Part shown: piece after piece, positions 54,462 to 58,020 of the stretch
Numbering within the stretch: the first letter of the stretch is position 1
Layout of the letters: every line of letters begins with the position of its first letter
Notes under the pieces: model-generated
Told to the model about the DNA's origin: nothing
Databases searched by the model: none
The model's input: the letters and a program-made list of their open reading frames with translations, nothing else
Made by a program: the position numbers and the translations under genes
NCBI GenBank assembly: GCA_030054135.1
Contig: JASGCN010000003.1
Location: forward strand, 27,758-85,777
Source of the DNA: Alphaproteobacteria bacterium
GTDB lineage: Bacteria; Patescibacteriota; Minisyncoccia; Phycocordibacterales; JABAAK01
DNA length: 58,020 nucleotides
Direction: 5' to 3'

Positions 54462-55313
54462 ATGATAAAATTAGACACTCAACAAAAGTATTTTCTTTCT
54501 GTGTGTCTTGTTATAGGTTCTGGTATTGCACTTTTCAGTATTTCTATTATTTATTTAAATAATTTTGGCAATAGAGATGATACTACTACAGCACCTACCC
54601 CCCCTACACCATCTCTTCCACGCGAAGATACCGTATCAGAAAATGGTACTGCCCCGACCCGAACAATAGACATATTTAGTCCTGATACATTTACATCACC
54701 AACAAACGATTTTATTAAAAGCGTACTCCCAGATACTGAAATAATAAGTACCACTGGAGCACAAGTAACAGATTACATACCAGATGCTACCCTCACTAGT
54801 TTTAAAAAAAATCCAATCGATATTACAACAGTAGCAACGGACGAAAGGATATATGCGTTGCGTCCTGTTATTGAAATAAGTCCATTTTTAAATCGTGCAA
54901 AAGCAATTGATATAGAAGTAATTATTGCGTGGACGCATACTGGGTTTGTGAGTGCAGAGAGACTCCCTAAAGAACTAAGTGATGCGATATCTAAAAGTAC
55001 AGCGGACAATTTTTCTTATATAACAGATGTACTTGAAAAATTAAAATCAAGTCGTCTTATTCATTCGTATGTGGTGGGGGATACTACCACTACTCTTATT
55101 GCAAAACAAAACTTACCGTACATTACTATGATTGCGTTTGGCACTAACAAAGAAAATACCTTTATTTCTCATAGAGATGCTCTCATATATCAACCATCAC
55201 AAAAGCAAGCATGGATTCCAAGCCTTGAAATTCCGTTGTATCTATTTAGTTATAAAACACCCTCAGAGACCAGTTTGATAGGAACGCTGTATATTGAACG
55301 AATAGACTTTTAA
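54462..55313 (+). CDS. Hypothetical anchored/secreted protein with a Thr/Pro-rich linker
   Basis: 283-aa ORF; N-terminal TM/signal-anchor (FLSVCLVIGSGIALFSISIIYL), TTAPTPPTPSLP linker, no motif. Confidence 0.55.
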   Translation: MIKLDTQQKYFLSVCLVIGSGIALFSISIIYLNNFGNRDDTTTAPTPPTPSLPREDTVSENGTAPTRTIDIFSPDTFTSPTNDFIKSVLPDTEIISTTGAQVTDYIPDATLTSFKKNPIDITTVATDERIYALRPVIEISPFLNRAKAIDIEVIIAWTHTGFVSAERLPKELSDAISKSTADNFSYITDVLEKLKSSRLIHSYVVGDTTTTLIAKQNLPYITMIAFGTNKENTFISHRDALIYQPSQKQAWIPSLEIPLYLFSYKTPSETSLIGTLYIERIDF

Positions 55314-56788
55314 GAACTCTTTTTTGAAAAAGATGCGTGTATCATTTCTCGTACTATTTTTCGTTCATCAAATTGTATTGCTTTTCCTTGAATCATAGTT
55401 GTGTACTCTGCACCTTTTCCAGTGATAATAACCACATCTCCGTCACGTGCAATAGAAAACGCATACGCAAATGCTTTTCGTCTGTCCAACTCGAGATGCA
55501 CTTGTTGCTCTTTTTTTGGTATCCCTATTCCCTCTATAACATGTTTTGCTATTTCTTTTGGATCATCAAAGTACGGATCAATATCTGTTACAATGATGGT
55601 ATCTGCATGTAATTTTGCTGCAGCGCCAATATCTTCTGCGTTGTATATATATCTCCCACCACCCACCGCACCAATAATTGCAATTAACCTGGCTCCTTTT
55701 TTGGTGAGAAGTTTTTTCCCCGCAGAAAGTACTGATCCAACACTGAGTGGTTCGTGTGCATAATCAACAAACACTTCATATCCTTGCCCTTCTTCTATTT
55801 TTTCCATTCTTCCAGGGATGTGGATATTTTTTAATGTTTCATTAATGTAGTAATAATTAAATACTTCTAGTCGTTTTGCTATGAGAATTGCAGGAAGCGC
55901 GTTGTACACTTGAAATGCACCGACAAGACCCAATGTGTATGTATGTTTGTCAAAAACAAATGAAACAGTTTCTTTATTTTCAACAACATTTGTTGCTCGC
56001 ATTAATGATCGCTCACCTAATCCGTATTCTATTTTTGGAACTTTACCCTGAACACATGATGAAAAATATGGCGCGTGATTATCATCTGCATTGAGATATG
56101 CTATCTTTTTTACTTCCTTATTTTGTACAATTTTATTGAACTTAGAATCAGCGGCACGCACAGCCAATTCTTTGAACAGTATTCCTTTTGTGTGTTTGTA
56201 ATTTTCAAAAGTTTTGTGTGTAATAAGATGTTCTTGAGAAAGATTTGTAAAAATAAGAATGTCATACAAAATACCTGCGTGTCTATGTTGAAGGATTCCT
56301 TCTGATGTGGTTTCCACAATTGCAATTGTGCAACCTTTCTTTTTCATGCGTCCTAATTGTTCCTGTACAAATCCTCTCCCTGGCATAGTAAGGTGTTTGT
56401 CATTTGGATACACTTCATCCCCTATGCGAATTTCAACTCCACCCACAAGGCCAACAGTACAACCAAGTGCACTGAGAACAGAATGTAGAATAAGAGAGGT
56501 GGTACTTTTCCCTTTTGTCCCTGTGATGCCAATGACAATCATTTCTTTGGTGGGATCTCCGTAATACCAATTGGCGAGCAGTGCATATTGTTTGTGCAAC
56601 CACAAAACATTTTCTTTTGAAAGAAAATTTTTGATAATATAGCGATATGGCGCAACAAACAAACTTTTTTCAAAAAACCAGTCAACAAGCGCTCTCCAAC
56701 TGAATTGATATTGTACACTAGTACCCACTTTGCGTGCAGGATACTGTGCTATTGTTTTTATTACTTTTTTAATTTCTTCTTTTTTCAT
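55310..56788 (-). CDS. murE: Mur ligase family protein, MurE-like (added amino acid not assignable)
   Basis: P-loop GITGTKGKSTT, FTNLSQEHLITH, PGRME, VDYAHEP, ITGKGAEY. The DNPR position reads DIDPYFDDPKE. The N-terminal ~85 aa are atypical. Confidence 0.65.
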   Translation of the reverse strand: MKKEEIKKVIKTIAQYPARKVGTSVQYQFSWRALVDWFFEKSLFVAPYRYIIKNFLSKENVLWLHKQYALLANWYYGDPTKEMIVIGITGTKGKSTTSLILHSVLSALGCTVGLVGGVEIRIGDEVYPNDKHLTMPGRGFVQEQLGRMKKKGCTIAIVETTSEGILQHRHAGILYDILIFTNLSQEHLITHKTFENYKHTKGILFKELAVRAADSKFNKIVQNKEVKKIAYLNADDNHAPYFSSCVQGKVPKIEYGLGERSLMRATNVVENKETVSFVFDKHTYTLGLVGAFQVYNALPAILIAKRLEVFNYYYINETLKNIHIPGRMEKIEEGQGYEVFVDYAHEPLSVGSVLSAGKKLLTKKGARLIAIIGAVGGGRYIYNAEDIGAAAKLHADTIIVTDIDPYFDDPKEIAKHVIEGIGIPKKEQQVHLELDRRKAFAYAFSIARDGDVVIITGKGAEYTTMIQGKAIQFDERKIVREMIHASFSKKSS

Positions 56789-56794
56789 ACTATG

Positions 56795-56800
56795 ATTATA
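56795..56800 (-). promoter_or_regulatory. Putative -10 hexamer (TATAAT) for the murE-like gene
   Basis: Reverse complement of 56795-56800 is TATAAT; 6 nt to the ATG at 56788; lies in the 27-nt spacer after the FemAB-family gene. Confidence 0.4.
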
Positions 56801-56815
56801 CTTAATTTATATATA

Positions 56816-57865
56816 TTATTCTCGTTTTATTATTTTAGCATATATATATTTTCGTAATAAATACAACCGATACAAATTTTTTTGCAATGGAATATCATAT
56901 GTTGGTGAATAATAGATGGGGACTGCGCCAAAACCTAGTTTGAATCTGGTTAATGGTATCAATGATGAAACTGTGTACTCTTGTGTGCTAATGCCTCCAA
57001 GATTTACATACAAATATTTTTTTTTATGATAATATGTGATTGCGGATTCAATCACTGCGTACCCACACGAGGTGTCTCGTGCCACACTGCGTGATGCTCC
57101 GATACAGTAATGCGCTGTGTCCCCATACGGAATAAATACCCCCATGGCAATAGGCGTGAGCGCGTCTTCTTTTGTTTGTTCAGCAATAACAAGAATTGCA
57201 TCTTTATACTCATGCAAATGCTCAAAAATATATCTCGTGTATGCTTCAGTATGTAAAGAAAAATTATTTCTCGTCGCAGTTTCTTTCATCATTTCAAAAA
57301 ATAATTTAAAATATTTTGTATAATTTTCAGTAATAATTTTTGTTGTTACGCCTTTTTTCTCTGCAGTGCGCAATGCGTAGCGAGTGTCTTTGTCTTTCAT
57401 TTTTTGAAGATCTTCTATATGTGTAGGTACTGTTAACAATGCTTCACTTCTTGGTTGCATAAATGATCCCTCGCGCGCGTATGGTGGGACTTCTGGTATA
57501 AAGTGTGAATATGGGAACAAAGGCTCAAAAGGGACAGCATCAAATCGCACAAACAAACATTTCTCTTCTTCTGCAACGCGTGTACCAATACTATAGAGTT
57601 CGTGCATCAAATCTTCAGTGGGCAGTTTTATAATCGGCCCGTGTGGTGCATTGAGAATCTTTATGTGTTTTGAAAGGTCATATACAATGAATTGCACATA
57701 CGCCACCTCAATTACTCCTTCAAAAATAGAAAATCGCCGTACACGTCTTCCTAATGATCTTTGCCAATCTGCGTAGTAATCAGACTGTGCAAGTGGTGGG
57801 TGTTCAATATAATCTGGTGGGTGGTGTGGCTCACTGTGTAATAACTCAACAACGCGATATACCAT
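56816..57865 (-). CDS. FemAB-family peptidoglycan aminoacyl-tRNA transferase (FemX-like)
   Basis: 349-aa ORF with DTRYALRTAEKKGVT and other blocks resembling the FemAB/MurM family; adjacent to the murE-like gene. Confidence 0.75.
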   Translation of the reverse strand: MVYRVVELLHSEPHHPPDYIEHPPLAQSDYYADWQRSLGRRVRRFSIFEGVIEVAYVQFIVYDLSKHIKILNAPHGPIIKLPTEDLMHELYSIGTRVAEEEKCLFVRFDAVPFEPLFPYSHFIPEVPPYAREGSFMQPRSEALLTVPTHIEDLQKMKDKDTRYALRTAEKKGVTTKIITENYTKYFKLFFEMMKETATRNNFSLHTEAYTRYIFEHLHEYKDAILVIAEQTKEDALTPIAMGVFIPYGDTAHYCIGASRSVARDTSCGYAVIESAITYYHKKKYLYVNLGGISTQEYTVSSLIPLTRFKLGFGAVPIYYSPTYDIPLQKNLYRLYLLRKYIYAKIIKRE

Positions 57866-57896
57866 ACTCCATTATGAGTAAATGACCACACATACG

Positions 57897-57927
57897 CAAG
57901 CACACCCCAATGTTTGGGGTGTGCTTG
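57897..57927 (-). terminator. Strong GC-containing hairpin (14-bp perfect stem, 3-nt loop) between an upstream partial ORF and the FemX-like gene; no U-tract
   Basis: CAAGCACACCCCAA-tgt-TTGGGGTGTGCTTG; begins 28 nt downstream of the TAA at 57955-57957 on the minus strand. Confidence 0.35.
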
Positions 57928-57954
57928 TGAAACTACAATAGAAATTATAGCCTA

Positions 57955-58020
57955 TTATCTTCCCGCTTTTTTATTTTGAAGAGCGAGAATTAATTGATCG
58001 AGTAACATATTGAGTTGAGT
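57955..58020 (-). CDS. Possible 3' end of a minus-strand gene cut by the window edge
   Basis: Open frame to the window edge encoding ...TQLNMLLDQLILALQNKKAGR followed by TAA-TAG. Too short to identify. Confidence 0.3.
   Translation of the reverse strand, partial: TQLNMLLDQLILALQNKKAGR

Noticed and set aside
1-58020. Alternative genetic code (UGA or UAG reassignment, as in some reduced-genome lineages)
   Set aside because: TAA, TAG (amidase, rpoC, argS, tyrS) and TGA (rsmH, rpoB) all end recognisable full-length genes. No conserved gene is interrupted by in-frame stops.

Overview
AT-rich, very compact segment, coded almost entirely on the minus strand. It looks like the core chromosome of a reduced-genome bacterium; a CPR/Patescibacteria-like origin is an inference from short housekeeping proteins, tiny intergenic spacers and absent Shine-Dalgarno sites. 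All three stop codons terminate recognisable genes, so the standard code applies. Recognisable content: a truncated dcw cluster (mraZ-rsmH-ftsL-ftsI); mreBCD-mrdA; one co-directional rpoB-rpoC-dnaG-rpoD block; four aminoacyl-tRNA synthetases (alaS, valS, argS, tyrS); translation genes (frr, rpsP, rpsB, tsf, prfA, rpmE, rplY, ychF, mnmA); cell-wall genes (amidase, mltG, a lytic transglycosylase, a murE-like ligase and a FemAB-family transferase); and five tRNA genes (Val, Thr, Pro, Ala, one edge fragment). The only clearly accessory region is about 44.5-53.2 kb. It holds a histidine kinase and a receiver-only regulator, two paralogous sensor proteins that lack a phosphoacceptor histidine and flank a DsbB/BdbC-like gene, and a two-gene cassette next to tRNA-Ala. 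That cassette is an excisionase-type HTH plus a 774-aa fused nuclease-like/N6A-methyltransferase/single-TRD protein. Most notable observations: (1) a window-wide (TGn)TAnnnT element 5-9 nt before ATG with no SD, implying leaderless mRNAs; (2) a near-perfect 119-bp tandem duplication of the tRNA-Ala 5' end and upstream region, with a 14-nt inverted tRNA fragment; (3) the fused RM-like cassette with its own non-leaderless promoter and palindrome; (4) an ATP-cone/Mrr-like nuclease next to a Cas4-like nuclease inside a housekeeping operon; (5) a five-unit, 10-bp-phased MraZ-box array; (6) a DnaG that has lost three of its four zinc ligands. No CRISPR array, rRNA, transposase or integrase was seen.
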